Shown here one piece after another: positions 1 through 9,325 of a stretch of 64,000 nt of DNA (its first letter is position 1; each line of letters opens with the position of its first letter). Origin of the DNA: an uncultured Chloroflexia bacterium (lineage in GTDB: Bacteria > Chloroflexota > Limnocylindria > QHBO01); NCBI GenBank assembly GCA_963814375.1, contig CAWFCQ010000007.1:128001-192000 (forward strand). The letters run 5' to 3'. Both the position numbers and the translations under genes were made by a program. The notes under the pieces are model-generated. The model searched no databases, had not been told where the DNA came from, and was given only the letters and a program-made list of their open reading frames with translations.

Positions 1-96
1 TGGTGGGCCATCGCCGAGCGTCTTGCCGCGATCGTGGGCGAGCCGCTGGTCGAGGGACAGCTCCAGGTTCCCGTTGCTGCCGAGACGGAGCGATGA
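1..96 (+). CDS. 3' end of an unknown gene (partial)
   Basis: Frame 1 is open from the window edge (WWAIAERLAAIVGEPLVEGQLQVPVAAETER*) with GC3-rich codons; TGA at 94-96. Confidence 0.45.
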   Translation, partial: WWAIAERLAAIVGEPLVEGQLQVPVAAETER

Positions 97-162
97 GGTG
101 GCAGAATGACGACCGCCCGGCGCGACCGAGACCACCGCGCGCTGTGACGGAGGTGACCCGAG

Positions 163-1242
163 GTGACGAACCCGCTCCGGATGCTCTTCGCTGCGCCGTT
201 GATCCGGCGCATCGGCTTCCACGCGAAGCGCATCGGCGGCCAGATGGACCGGCACTTCTTCTCCTCGCTGCTGACCTTCGTCGTCGGCTTCGTGCTGGTG
301 GCCGCGCTGGCGGTGACCCTGCTCGAGGAGGAGAAGCGCACCTTCGCCGGGATGGGAAGCTCGTTCTACTGGGCCATCACCACCGTCATCGGCTCGGGTG
401 ACAGCAGCTATGTGACCTCGCCGGGCGGCTTCATCGTCGGCTGGCTTCTCGCCTTCTTCGGGGTCGCGATCGTTGCCGCGATCACCGGGGCGGTCGTCGG
501 ATTCGTCATCGACTTTCTGCTCAAGGAGGGACAGGGAATGGGCGCTGCCGGCTACACCGACCACATCGTCGTCTGCGGCTGGAACGCCACCGCCCGCGAT
601 CTTCTCGAGGAGCTCAAGGGCGACGAGTTCGACGTCAAGGTCGTGCTCCTGGCCGATGCCGAGCGCAACCCCGCCGGCGACGGCGTCTACTTCGTGCGGG
701 GCGACATCACGAGCACGGACGACCTCGAGCGATGCGGCATCACCGAGGCGAGCTCGGCGATCGTCTTCCCGGCCGATGCGTCCGACGCGGCGGACATGCG
801 CTCGATCCTGGCGGTGATGGCAATCGAGTCAGTCGCGCCCGATGTGCGCACGGTGGTCGAGGTCAACAACCAGATGCACGTCGCACACCTGCGACGCGCC
901 AATGCCAACGAGATCCTCGTCACCTCTCGGCTCGGTGCTCGGCTGCTCGCGCGCTCGGCCCTCTATCCCGGCCTCTCCGAGCTGGTGACCGACATCGTCT
1001 CGGGTGGCGAGGGATCCGAGCTGTACCGGGTTGCGCTGCCCGAGGACTACATCGGCCTCTCGGTCGATGAGCTCTCGACCAAGCTGCGCGGCGATCATCG
1101 GGCGACGCTCCTGGCCGTGACCCGCGACGGGGCGAGCATGACGAACCCGTCGGCGGACTTCCGGCTCGCCTTCGGTGACGATGCCGTGGTCGTTGCCGAG
1201 GGCCTGGGCGACCTCCAGCCACTCGAGCTTCAGCGCGAGTAG
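163..1242 (+). CDS. Potassium channel-like protein (2-TM pore plus RCK/TrkA-N and TrkA-C)
   Basis: Pore helix FYWAITTVIGSGD (degenerate TVGYGD), HIVVCGWN Rossmann motif, GGAGG SD before GTG. Confidence 0.85.
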   Translation: MTNPLRMLFAAPLIRRIGFHAKRIGGQMDRHFFSSLLTFVVGFVLVAALAVTLLEEEKRTFAGMGSSFYWAITTVIGSGDSSYVTSPGGFIVGWLLAFFGVAIVAAITGAVVGFVIDFLLKEGQGMGAAGYTDHIVVCGWNATARDLLEELKGDEFDVKVVLLADAERNPAGDGVYFVRGDITSTDDLERCGITEASSAIVFPADASDAADMRSILAVMAIESVAPDVRTVVEVNNQMHVAHLRRANANEILVTSRLGARLLARSALYPGLSELVTDIVSGGEGSELYRVALPEDYIGLSVDELSTKLRGDHRATLLAVTRDGASMTNPSADFRLAFGDDAVVVAEGLGDLQPLELQRE

Positions 1243-1245
1243 GCG

Positions 1246-2031
1246 ATGGAGCTCGGATTGCGCGGGCGCACCGCTGTCGTCGGTGGAGCCACCTCGGGAC
1301 TCGGACGCGCGTCCGCCGAGGCGCTCGCCGCCGAAGGGTGCGACCTCCTGATCTGGTCGCGGGACGCCGATCTGCTGGCCGCCACCGCCGATGAGCTCGG
1401 CGCGGCCCATGACGTTCGCGTGGAGCACATCGCGGCGGACGCGACTGATCCCGGCGCCGCCGAGTCGGTCGCATCGGCGGCCCTGTCAATGGCACCGATC
1501 GACATCGTGGTCCTCAACGCAGGCGGTCCGCCAACGGTCGACGTGACCGCGACAGACCGAGAGGGCTGGCAGCGCGCCTTCCAGCTCCTGGCCGCCACGC
1601 CCATCGAGCTCGCCACCGCGCTCCTGCCCGGGATGCGGGAGCGGCGGTGGGGCCGCGTCGTCTCGATCCTGTCGAGCGGCGTGCGCCAGCCGATCGGCGA
1701 CCTCGTGTACTCGAACGCCGGCCGGTCCGCGCTGGCGGCATGGCTGAAGACGACGGCGCGGGCGATCGCCGCCGAGGGCGTGACGGTCAACGGCGTCATG
1801 CCCGGCCGCATCGCCACGCCCCGCATCCACGAGCTCGACTCCGGTCGAGCCGATCGTGAGGGGACTACCGAGGACGCGGTCCGCGAGGGTCACCTTCGCA
1901 CGATCCCGGCCGCGCGTTACGGGAGGCCGGAGGAGCTCGGCGCCCTCGTCGCCTTCCTCGCATCCGAGCGCGCCTCGTACATCACCGGCCAGCTGGTGGC
2001 GGTCGATGGGGGCCTCATCGCCGGCCTGTAG
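1246..2031 (+). CDS. SDR family oxidoreductase
   Basis: GATSGLG, LNAGG, YSNAGR, VNGVMPG, YITGQLVAVDGG. Confidence 0.9.
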   Translation: MELGLRGRTAVVGGATSGLGRASAEALAAEGCDLLIWSRDADLLAATADELGAAHDVRVEHIAADATDPGAAESVASAALSMAPIDIVVLNAGGPPTVDVTATDREGWQRAFQLLAATPIELATALLPGMRERRWGRVVSILSSGVRQPIGDLVYSNAGRSALAAWLKTTARAIAAEGVTVNGVMPGRIATPRIHELDSGRADREGTTEDAVREGHLRTIPAARYGRPEELGALVAFLASERASYITGQLVAVDGGLIAGL

Positions 2032-2041
2032 GATGGCGGCC

Positions 2042-3421
2042 ATGGACGAGCGGGCGGCCGCGATGCGGCGCGCGGCCGAGATCGGCCTCGCCTTCCTGGA
2101 AGGACTCGACGAGCGTCACGTCGGCGCCACGGCCGACGCCGCCGAGATTCGCGCCAGGCTCGGCGGCCCGTTGCCGGAGGCCGGGACCGATCCGATCGCC
2201 CTGGTCGAGGAGCTGACCACCGCGCTCGATCCCGGGCTGATCGGATCCGCCGGACCGCGCTACTTCGGCTTCGTCGTCGGCGGCGCCCTGCCGGCGGCGG
2301 CCGCAACCGACTGGCTGACGACGGCATGGGGCCAGAACGCGGCGCTCCACGCCCTGTCGCCGGCGGCGGCTGCGGCGGAGGAGGTGGCGGGTCGCTGGAT
2401 GCTCGAGCTGCTCGGTCTGCCGGCCGACGCGAGCTTCGGCCTTCCCACCGGCGCCGGCATCGGCAACGCGGTCGGTCTGGCTGCCGGTCGCCATGCAGTG
2501 CTCGCCAAGGCTGGCTGGGACGTCGAGGCCAACGGCCTGTACGGGGCGCCCGAGATCACCGTGATCGTGGGCGAGGAGGCGCACGCGACGCTGCTCACCG
2601 CGCTCCAGTACCTGGGCCTCGGGCGCGATCGCGTCGTGCGCGTGCCCGCCGACGACCAGGGCCGCATGGACCTGCCCGCGGCCCGCGTCGCGATCGAGGC
2701 TGCGGGCGATGGCCCGCTGATCGTGGCCTCGCAGGCCGGCAACGTGAACACCGGCGCGTTCGATCCGATCGGGGGCCTGGCCGAGACGCTCGGCGACCAT
2801 CCGAACGCCTGGCTCCACGTCGACGGCGCGTTCGGGCTGTGGGCGGCGGTCTCCCCCGAGCTGCGCCCGATGGTGGCCGGCGTCGAACGCGCCGACTCCT
2901 GGTCGACCGATGCCCACAAGTGGCTCAACGTCGGCTACGACTGCGGGTTCGTCGCCGTCCGGGATGCCGCCGCGCACCGCGCCGCCATGTCGATGACCGC
3001 CTCGTATCTCATGCGCAGCGAGCAGCGCGAGAACTGGGAGTGGGTCATGGACAGCTCGCGAAGGGCGCGCGGGTTCGTCCTCTACGCCGCGATCCGCTCG
3101 CTGGGTCGCGACGGCGTTCAGGCCCTGGTCGAGCGCTGCTGCGCCCTTGCGCGCCGCATCGCGGATCGGCTCCGTGAGGCCGATGGCGTCGAGGTGCTCA
3201 ACGACGTCGTCCTCAACCAGGTCCTGGTCCGCTTCGGCGACGACGACCGCACGCGGGCCGTCATCAGCGGTGTCCAGGCCGAGGGCACAGCCTGGATGGG
3301 CGGCACGACCTGGCAGGGCCGGGCGGCGATGCGGATCAGCGTGAGCAACTGGTCGACAACGGAGGCCGATGCTGATCGGACGGTGGACTCGATCCTGCGC
3401 TGCGCCCGCGCCGAGGGCTGA
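2042..3421 (+). CDS. Group II PLP-dependent amino-acid decarboxylase
   Basis: PRYFGFV, WLHVDGAFG, DSWSTDAHKWL (PLP lysine). Start placed 7 nt after TAGGAT. Confidence 0.88.
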   Translation: MDERAAAMRRAAEIGLAFLEGLDERHVGATADAAEIRARLGGPLPEAGTDPIALVEELTTALDPGLIGSAGPRYFGFVVGGALPAAAATDWLTTAWGQNAALHALSPAAAAAEEVAGRWMLELLGLPADASFGLPTGAGIGNAVGLAAGRHAVLAKAGWDVEANGLYGAPEITVIVGEEAHATLLTALQYLGLGRDRVVRVPADDQGRMDLPAARVAIEAAGDGPLIVASQAGNVNTGAFDPIGGLAETLGDHPNAWLHVDGAFGLWAAVSPELRPMVAGVERADSWSTDAHKWLNVGYDCGFVAVRDAAAHRAAMSMTASYLMRSEQRENWEWVMDSSRRARGFVLYAAIRSLGRDGVQALVERCCALARRIADRLREADGVEVLNDVVLNQVLVRFGDDDRTRAVISGVQAEGTAWMGGTTWQGRAAMRISVSNWSTTEADADRTVDSILRCARAEG

Positions 3422-3423
3422 GC

Positions 3424-3822
3424 TCAGGCCTCCTCGATCCAGCCCGTGGCCTCCTCCTGGCGATCTCGGCCACCGAAGTCCTCGCGCACCCACGCCATGA
3501 GCCGCGCGGGTCCGAGCGCAATGGCCAGGCAGGCTCCGATCATGAGCAGCGGCCCGAGCATGCCCTCCGCGTGAGCTCGCGGCAGCACGGCCGCCCAGAT
3601 GGCGGTACCCGCCAGGGCTGCGACCTCGGTGCGTCCGAGGCGGAGTGCGACGAGCATCAGCGCCGATGGGATCGCCAGCCATCCCTCCGGCTGCCCGGCT
3701 ACGAGGGCCATCACCCCGGCCATGCCCCCGACGCCGACTGTCAGCCCGAGAACGGCGCGAGTCAGCGCTGATACCTCGTCCGAGGCATCGCGGCGCCTCG
3801 CGGAGAGTGCGGCCCAGACCAT
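3424..3822 (-). CDS. Small hypothetical membrane protein
   Basis: About four hydrophobic segments; TAGACT shortly upstream of the ATG. Confidence 0.6.
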   Translation of the reverse strand: MVWAALSARRRDASDEVSALTRAVLGLTVGVGGMAGVMALVAGQPEGWLAIPSALMLVALRLGRTEVAALAGTAIWAAVLPRAHAEGMLGPLLMIGACLAIALGPARLMAWVREDFGGRDRQEEATGWIEEA

Positions 3823-3899
3823 GAGGGAACGAGTCTACGACCGTGGCGTCGCGGGATCCACGCCCCGCATACGCCCGGCGTACCGACCAATCTCCGCCT

Positions 3900-4050
3900 G
3901 GACGCCCGTTCGGGCGCCGAGTGCTCGCTCCAGCGGGCACCGATGAGCACGAATGGCGCGTCCGCGCGCCCGTCAGGCGTCCCAGCGCTCGCTCCAGCGC
4001 GCGAACGCCTCCGGACAAGGCATGGCGCGAAGGACGCCCGGTCAAGCGAG
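3900..4050. repeat. Degenerate tandem ~64-68 bp hairpin repeat (copy A of a dispersed element)
   Basis: GCTCGCTCCAGCG at 3923 and 3987; ATGGCGCG at 3953 and 4022; CGCCCG-TC-GCG-like units at 3903, 3967 and 4035. Confidence 0.65.
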
Positions 4051-4113
4051 CGGCAGCGAGGGCTACCGACGGTGTGCTGTAATCGGTCCACCAAATACGG
4101 AGCTGAGGGCCGG

Positions 4114-5448
4114 ATGGCGATCGAGACCGAGCGAGGGGCGATGACGGGCGACGAGATCGTCGCGCTCACCAAGCGCCACACCCTGTTCGAGTGGTCGGCG
4201 CAGTCCAAGGTCGATCCCATCCCGGTGGCCGGCGCGAAGGGGGTCTACTTCTGGACGCCCGAGGGCAAGCGGTTCCTCGACTTCAACTCGCAGCTGATGT
4301 GCACGAACATCGGCCACGGGCATCCGAAGGTGATCGCCGCCATCCAGGCGCAGGCCGAGCAGCTGGCCTACGCGAACCCGTTCATGGCCACCGAGCCGCG
4401 GGCGCGCCTTGGACAGAAGCTGGCCGAGATCACGCCCGGCGACATCGACACCTTCTTCTTCACCAACGGCGGCGCAGAGGCGAACGAGAACGCGATCAAG
4501 CTGGCCCGATTCGTCACCGGCCGCCACAAGATCCTGACGCGCTACCGCTCGTACCACGGCGGCACGGCCGGCGCCATCAGCCTGACCGGCGACCCGCGCC
4601 GCTGGGCTGCCGAGCCGGGCATCCCCGGCGTGGTGCGCGTGCTCGACCCGTATCACGGCATCCAGCGCGGCTGGGACACCGCCGACGAGGCCCTCGCGAA
4701 CCTGGAGGAGACGATCCAGCTCGAGGGGCCGAACACGATCGCCGCCTTCATCCTCGAGACTGTCACCGGCACGAACGGCATCCTCGTTCCGCCGGACGGC
4801 TACATCGCCGGCGTGCGCGAGATCTGCGATCGCTACGGGATCATGATGATCGCCGACGAGGTGATGGCCGGCTTCGGGCGCACCGGCAAATGGTTCGCGG
4901 TCGATCACTGGGACGTGGTTCCCGACCTGATCACCATGGCCAAGGGCCTCACCAGCGCCTATGTCCAGCTCGGCGCCCTCGGCATGCGACGCAAGTACGC
5001 CGAGCACTTCACCGACAAGGTCTTCTACGGCGGCCTGACCTACAACTCGCACCCGCTGGCGTGTGCGACGGCCCTTGCCACGATCGCCGTCTACGAGGAG
5101 GAGAACCTCATCGAGCGCGCGGCGCAGATGGGCGAGGTGCTGAAGCAGCACCTATCGACGCTGGCCGACCGGCACCCGAGCATCGGCGCGACGCGCAGCA
5201 TCGGCCTCTTCGGCATCGTCGAGCTGGTCCGCGATCGAACCACCATGGAGCCGATGGCGCCCTTCAACGGCACATCGGACGAGATGGCGGCACTGGGCAG
5301 GAGATTCCGCGAGGAGGGCCTCTACACCTTCGTGCGCTGGAACACGTTCTTCACCAACCCGCCGCTCATCATCACGGAAGAGGAGATGGCCGAGGGCTTC
5401 GCGATCATTGATCGCGCCCTCGAGGCGACCGATGCCGCCGTCGGCTGA
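4114..5448 (+). CDS. Class III PLP aminotransferase (omega-amino acid/taurine/beta-alanine type)
   Basis: FLDFNSQLMCTNIGHGHP, SYHGGT, IADEVMAGFGRTG, DLITMAKG, GGLTY. Confidence 0.92.
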   Translation: MAIETERGAMTGDEIVALTKRHTLFEWSAQSKVDPIPVAGAKGVYFWTPEGKRFLDFNSQLMCTNIGHGHPKVIAAIQAQAEQLAYANPFMATEPRARLGQKLAEITPGDIDTFFFTNGGAEANENAIKLARFVTGRHKILTRYRSYHGGTAGAISLTGDPRRWAAEPGIPGVVRVLDPYHGIQRGWDTADEALANLEETIQLEGPNTIAAFILETVTGTNGILVPPDGYIAGVREICDRYGIMMIADEVMAGFGRTGKWFAVDHWDVVPDLITMAKGLTSAYVQLGALGMRRKYAEHFTDKVFYGGLTYNSHPLACATALATIAVYEEENLIERAAQMGEVLKQHLSTLADRHPSIGATRSIGLFGIVELVRDRTTMEPMAPFNGTSDEMAALGRRFREEGLYTFVRWNTFFTNPPLIITEEEMAEGFAIIDRALEATDAAVG

Positions 5449-6304
5449 GCGCCACGGCTGGCCCCGGCGCACGGCCACCTTCGTGGCCTTCGTCGTTCTC
5501 GCCCTCCTCGTCTGGGAGGTTCTGAAGTTCATCGGCGGCGATCCGTGGCGCTACTTCGGCTGGGAATGGCATCCGCCGCTCGAGATCTGGTTCGCCACCG
5601 ACCTTCGGCTGCCGCACGTGTGGGAGATCGGCGGAGCGCTGGTGAACCCGGTCCAGCGCAGCGCGGACGAGAGCCTGGCCCAGTTTCTGGCAGGCGCTGC
5701 CTTCTACACCTGGCGTGAGGCCGCGATCGGCTTCATCGCCGGAACCGTCATCGGCATCTCACTGGCCGCCGTCTTCGTGCACTCTGGCGTGCTCGAGCGC
5801 GCGTTCGTTCCCTACGTGATTGTCAGCCAGACGATCCCGATCGTGGCGCTCGCGCCGATGATCGTCTTCGCGTTCGGCCAGGACGTGACGAGCGTGGTCA
5901 TCATCGCCACCTACCTGACCTTCTTCCCGGTCACGATCGCGATGATCCGCGGCCTGCGGTCGCCGGATCCGCGCGCCCTCGAGCTCATGCGCAGCTACGC
6001 GGCGTCGAAGTGGAGCATCTTCTGGAAGCTGCGCATGCCCGCCTCGCTGCCGTATCTCTTCACCGCTCTGAAGATCGCGGCGACCGCCAGCATCGTCGGT
6101 GCGATCGTCGGTGAAGGGCCCGGTGGCATCCCCGATGGGCTGGGCCGCGCGATCATCAACTTCAACAACCAGTACGTGTCGGGCCCGGAGAAGCTGTGGG
6201 CCGCGATCGTCGCCACGGCCGTGCTCGGCATCGTCTTCTTCAGCCTCGTTCGACTGACGGAGGCGGCCGTTCTCCGCGGCCGCCCGACGGTGGGCGATGG
6301 ATAA
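5432..6304 (+). CDS. NitT/TauT-family ABC transporter permease
   Basis: SQTIPIVALAP, TFFPV, EAA-like loop ELMRSYAASKWSIFWKLRMP; start uncertain. Confidence 0.88.
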   Translation: MPPSAERHGWPRRTATFVAFVVLALLVWEVLKFIGGDPWRYFGWEWHPPLEIWFATDLRLPHVWEIGGALVNPVQRSADESLAQFLAGAAFYTWREAAIGFIAGTVIGISLAAVFVHSGVLERAFVPYVIVSQTIPIVALAPMIVFAFGQDVTSVVIIATYLTFFPVTIAMIRGLRSPDPRALELMRSYAASKWSIFWKLRMPASLPYLFTALKIAATASIVGAIVGEGPGGIPDGLGRAIINFNNQYVSGPEKLWAAIVATAVLGIVFFSLVRLTEAAVLRGRPTVGDG

Positions 6305-7148
6305 CAGCACGGCAAAGCTCGACCCCGGGGCAAGCGTCGTCCGAGTCGACGGCGCGGGCAAGACCTTCGCATCGCACGGTGAGAAGGGCCGGACGACCGC
6401 GCTGGAAGGCATCGACCTGGACATCCGCCGCGGCGAGTTCGTCAGCCTGATCGGTCCGTCCGGATGCGGGAAAAGCACCCTGCTGCGCCTTATCGGCGAC
6501 CTGACGGCTCCCACCGCTGGGATCGTGAGCGTCAACGGCAAGGGCGCCCACGAGGCGCGATTGGGTCGCGAGTACGGCATCGTCTTTCAAGCTCCGGTCC
6601 TGTTCGAATGGCGGACCGTCGAGGACAACGTGAAGCTGCCGCTCGAGCTGATCGGCATGGAACGCCGTGGGCGCCAAGCGCGGGCGCGCGAGCTGCTGGA
6701 GCTGGTGGAGCTCGGCGACTTCATGCGGCACTACCCCTACCAGCTCTCGGGCGGGATGCAGCAACGTGTCGCCATCGCCCGCGCGCTTGCCCTGGAGCCG
6801 GCGCTTCTGCTGATGGACGAGCCGTTCGGCGCGCTCGACGAGATGACGCGTGAGCGGATGAACAGCGAGGTGCTGCGGATCTGGCGGCAGACCGGGACCA
6901 CGATCGTCTTCGTGACCCACTCGATCCCGGAGGCGGTCTTCCTGTCGACGCGGGTGGCGGTCATGAGCGCTCGCCCCGGACGCATCACGCACCTGGTCGA
7001 GGTCGATCTGCCGCAGCCCCGCAACGAGCTTACCCGCGAGGAACCGCGCTACTTCGAGCTCGTGACCGAGGTGCGCGAAGCCCTGCGCGGCAGAGGGCCC
7101 TCCGGCGCATCGGTCGAGCGGATGGCGGCCGAGGGCGGGATCGGCTGA
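6297..7148 (+). CDS. NitT/TauT-family ABC ATP-binding protein
   Basis: GPSGCGKS, LSGGMQQR, LLMDEPFGALD, FVTHS. Confidence 0.95.
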   Translation: MDNSTAKLDPGASVVRVDGAGKTFASHGEKGRTTALEGIDLDIRRGEFVSLIGPSGCGKSTLLRLIGDLTAPTAGIVSVNGKGAHEARLGREYGIVFQAPVLFEWRTVEDNVKLPLELIGMERRGRQARARELLELVELGDFMRHYPYQLSGGMQQRVAIARALALEPALLLMDEPFGALDEMTRERMNSEVLRIWRQTGTTIVFVTHSIPEAVFLSTRVAVMSARPGRITHLVEVDLPQPRNELTREEPRYFELVTEVREALRGRGPSGASVERMAAEGGIG

Positions 7149-7161
7149 TGGCGGCAGCCGG

Positions 7162-8001
7162 ATGATCGCCTCCCCGGACGCGGGGCCGGCACCCGGCCTC
7201 CCCCGCCGGCTCGGCGCGCGCCTCGGCTACTACCTGCCGGCCGTGCTCGTGCTCGTCGGTGGGCTCCTCGTGTGGGAGGTACTGACCCGGGTGCTCAGCG
7301 TCCGCGCATTCATCCTTCCGCCGCCGAGCGCCATCGGGTCGGCACTCGGGGAGAACTGGAGCGGTGGCACATGGTCACTCGCGCCCTCGGTCATCGCCAC
7401 GCTGACCGAAGCGATCGGTGGCCTGATCATCGGCACGGTCACCGGGGTCGCCGTCGGCTTTGCCGTGGCGCGTTGGGCCACAGCGCGGGAGTCGGTCCTG
7501 CCCATTGCCATCGCGGCCAACGCGATCCCGATCATCGCCATCGCGCCGATCTTCAACAACTGGTTCGGGGTCCTCAACCCGCTCTCGAAGATGATGATGG
7601 CGGCGCTCCTCGTCTTCTTCCCCGTGATGATCAACGTGACCCGCGGCCTCTCGCAGGTTGAGCCGGCGGCACTCGAGCTGATGCGGGCGTATGCCGCATC
7701 CGAGTGGACGGTGCTGGCGAAGGTCCGCGTCCCGAACGCCCTCCCGTACTTCCTGACTGCCCTCAAGGTCGCCACCACCCTCAGCTTGATCGGCGCCGTG
7801 GTGGGCGAGTACTTCGGCGGCACCACCCAGGTCATCGGGCGGGTGGTGGTGCAGAGCGCGAGCGCGCTGCGCTTCGACGTCACCTGGGCCGCGATCCTGC
7901 TCATGGCGATCGCCGGGGTCATCATGTACGTGGCGGTGCTCGTCATCGAGCGGCTGCTGATTCCATGGCATCCGTCACTTCGGGCGCACGATCACTCCTG
8001 A
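7162..8001 (+). CDS. NitT/TauT-family ABC transporter permease
   Basis: ILPPPS, NAIPIIAIAP, KVRVPNALPY, VVGEYFG. Confidence 0.9.
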   Translation: MIASPDAGPAPGLPRRLGARLGYYLPAVLVLVGGLLVWEVLTRVLSVRAFILPPPSAIGSALGENWSGGTWSLAPSVIATLTEAIGGLIIGTVTGVAVGFAVARWATARESVLPIAIAANAIPIIAIAPIFNNWFGVLNPLSKMMMAALLVFFPVMINVTRGLSQVEPAALELMRAYAASEWTVLAKVRVPNALPYFLTALKVATTLSLIGAVVGEYFGGTTQVIGRVVVQSASALRFDVTWAAILLMAIAGVIMYVAVLVIERLLIPWHPSLRAHDHS

Positions 8002-8122
8002 CCGCACGCGGGTGGGCTCGATTCGCCAGCCGCCGTCGCACCGGCTCCGTAGAATGCGCGGATCAGATGAGCGGGTGTGGCGCAGCCGCCCCGCGCCCCT
8101 TTCCGGAAGCGAGGTCCGAGGG

Positions 8123-9265
8123 ATGAAGGTAACGCGCGCGTGGCCGGTGCTGGCCGCGGTCCTCACGCTGGTCCTGTCAGCGTGCCAGGCGGGAGATGGG
8201 GGCGAGAGCAGCGATGGGGGTGATGCCGAGCTGGACACCGTTCGCCTCCAGCTCCAGTGGGTGCCGCAGGCTCAGTTCGGCGGCTATTTCGCGGCGCAGG
8301 AGCTCGGCTACTACGAGGATGAGGGCCTCGACGTCGAACTCGTCGACGGCGGGCCTGAGGTGATCCCGCAGCAGGTGGGTTCGGCGGCAGACGGCCCGGA
8401 GTTCACGATCAGCTGGGTGCCCAAGGTGCTCCAGGCGCGCCTGGAGGAGTCCGACCTCGTCAACATCGCCCAGATCTTCCAGCGGGCCGGCACGCTCTCC
8501 GTCGCGTGGGCCGACTCGGGCATCGCGTCACCGGAGGACTTTGCCGACAAGAAGGTCGGCGTCTGGGACTTCGGCAACGAGCTGGAAGTCGTGGCCTCCG
8601 CCCGATTGGCAGGACTCGAGCCGGGCGAGGACTTCGAGGTCGTCATCCAGCCCTTCGACATGACGCTCCTCCTCAATGCCGTCGAGGGCTGCGAGGCGAG
8701 CGCCAGCGACTGCGTCGATGTTGCGGAGGCGATGATCTACAACGAGTACGCTCAGCTGCTCGAGACCGAGAATCCCGACACCGGCGAGCTCTACCAGCCC
8801 GATGACTTGAACGTCATCGACTACAACGAGGTCGGCACGGCGATGCTCCAGGACGCGCTCTTCGCGCGCGCCGACTGGCTTGCCCAGGAGGGCAACGAGG
8901 ACATCGCCGTCCGCTTCCTGCGGGCGTCGTTCCGCGGCTGGATCCACTGCCGTGACAACCCCGACGACTGCGTCCAGTACGTGACCGACGCCGGATCGAC
9001 GCTCGGCGCTGGGCACCAGGCTTGGATGATGAATGAGATCAACGCCCTCATCTGGCCTTCACCCAACAGCATCGGCGTCATGGACCCCGAGCTGTGGGCC
9101 CAGACCGTCGAGACCGCCATCGAGGCCGAGATCATCCCGGAGGCGCCGCCAGACGATGCCTACCGTACGGATCTGGCCGAGCAGGCGCTGGAGGGAATCG
9201 AGGAGGACACGACCGGGGAGGACTTCCAGAAGGAAGCCGTGGAGGTCACACCGGGCGGCGAATAA
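8123..9265 (+). CDS. NMT1/THI5-like ABC substrate-binding lipoprotein
   Basis: Lipobox LSAC; LQLQWVPQAQFGGYFAA; internal TAGAAT at 8050-8055. Confidence 0.9.
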   Translation: MKVTRAWPVLAAVLTLVLSACQAGDGGESSDGGDAELDTVRLQLQWVPQAQFGGYFAAQELGYYEDEGLDVELVDGGPEVIPQQVGSAADGPEFTISWVPKVLQARLEESDLVNIAQIFQRAGTLSVAWADSGIASPEDFADKKVGVWDFGNELEVVASARLAGLEPGEDFEVVIQPFDMTLLLNAVEGCEASASDCVDVAEAMIYNEYAQLLETENPDTGELYQPDDLNVIDYNEVGTAMLQDALFARADWLAQEGNEDIAVRFLRASFRGWIHCRDNPDDCVQYVTDAGSTLGAGHQAWMMNEINALIWPSPNSIGVMDPELWAQTVETAIEAEIIPEAPPDDAYRTDLAEQALEGIEEDTTGEDFQKEAVEVTPGGE

Positions 9266-9288
9266 GCCGATCGGTCTCTCCCGCAATC

Positions 9289-9320
9289 TCGCCCCTTCCC
9301 GGCCCGCCGGGGAGGGGCGA
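9289..9320. terminator. GC-rich hairpin between convergent genes
   Basis: TCGCCCCTTCCCGGC / GCCGGGGAGGGGCGA inverted repeat with one G-U pair; no U tail. Confidence 0.6.
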
Positions 9321-9325
9321 TCGCG

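Noticed and set aside
2015-4045. Long antisense or alternate-frame ORFs (e.g. 2015-4045, 19588-22245, 23762-25768, 29437-32373, 32622-34523)
   Set aside because: Shadow ORFs of GC-rich coding sequence. They are Arg/Gly/Pro-rich, carry no motifs and overlap well-supported genes
3823-4113. TPP or other known riboswitch upstream of the NMT1/THI5-type operon; CRISPR array
   Set aside because: No TPP consensus (CTGAGA..ACCTG) is visible. The repeats are degenerate, only 2-3 units, with no cas genes
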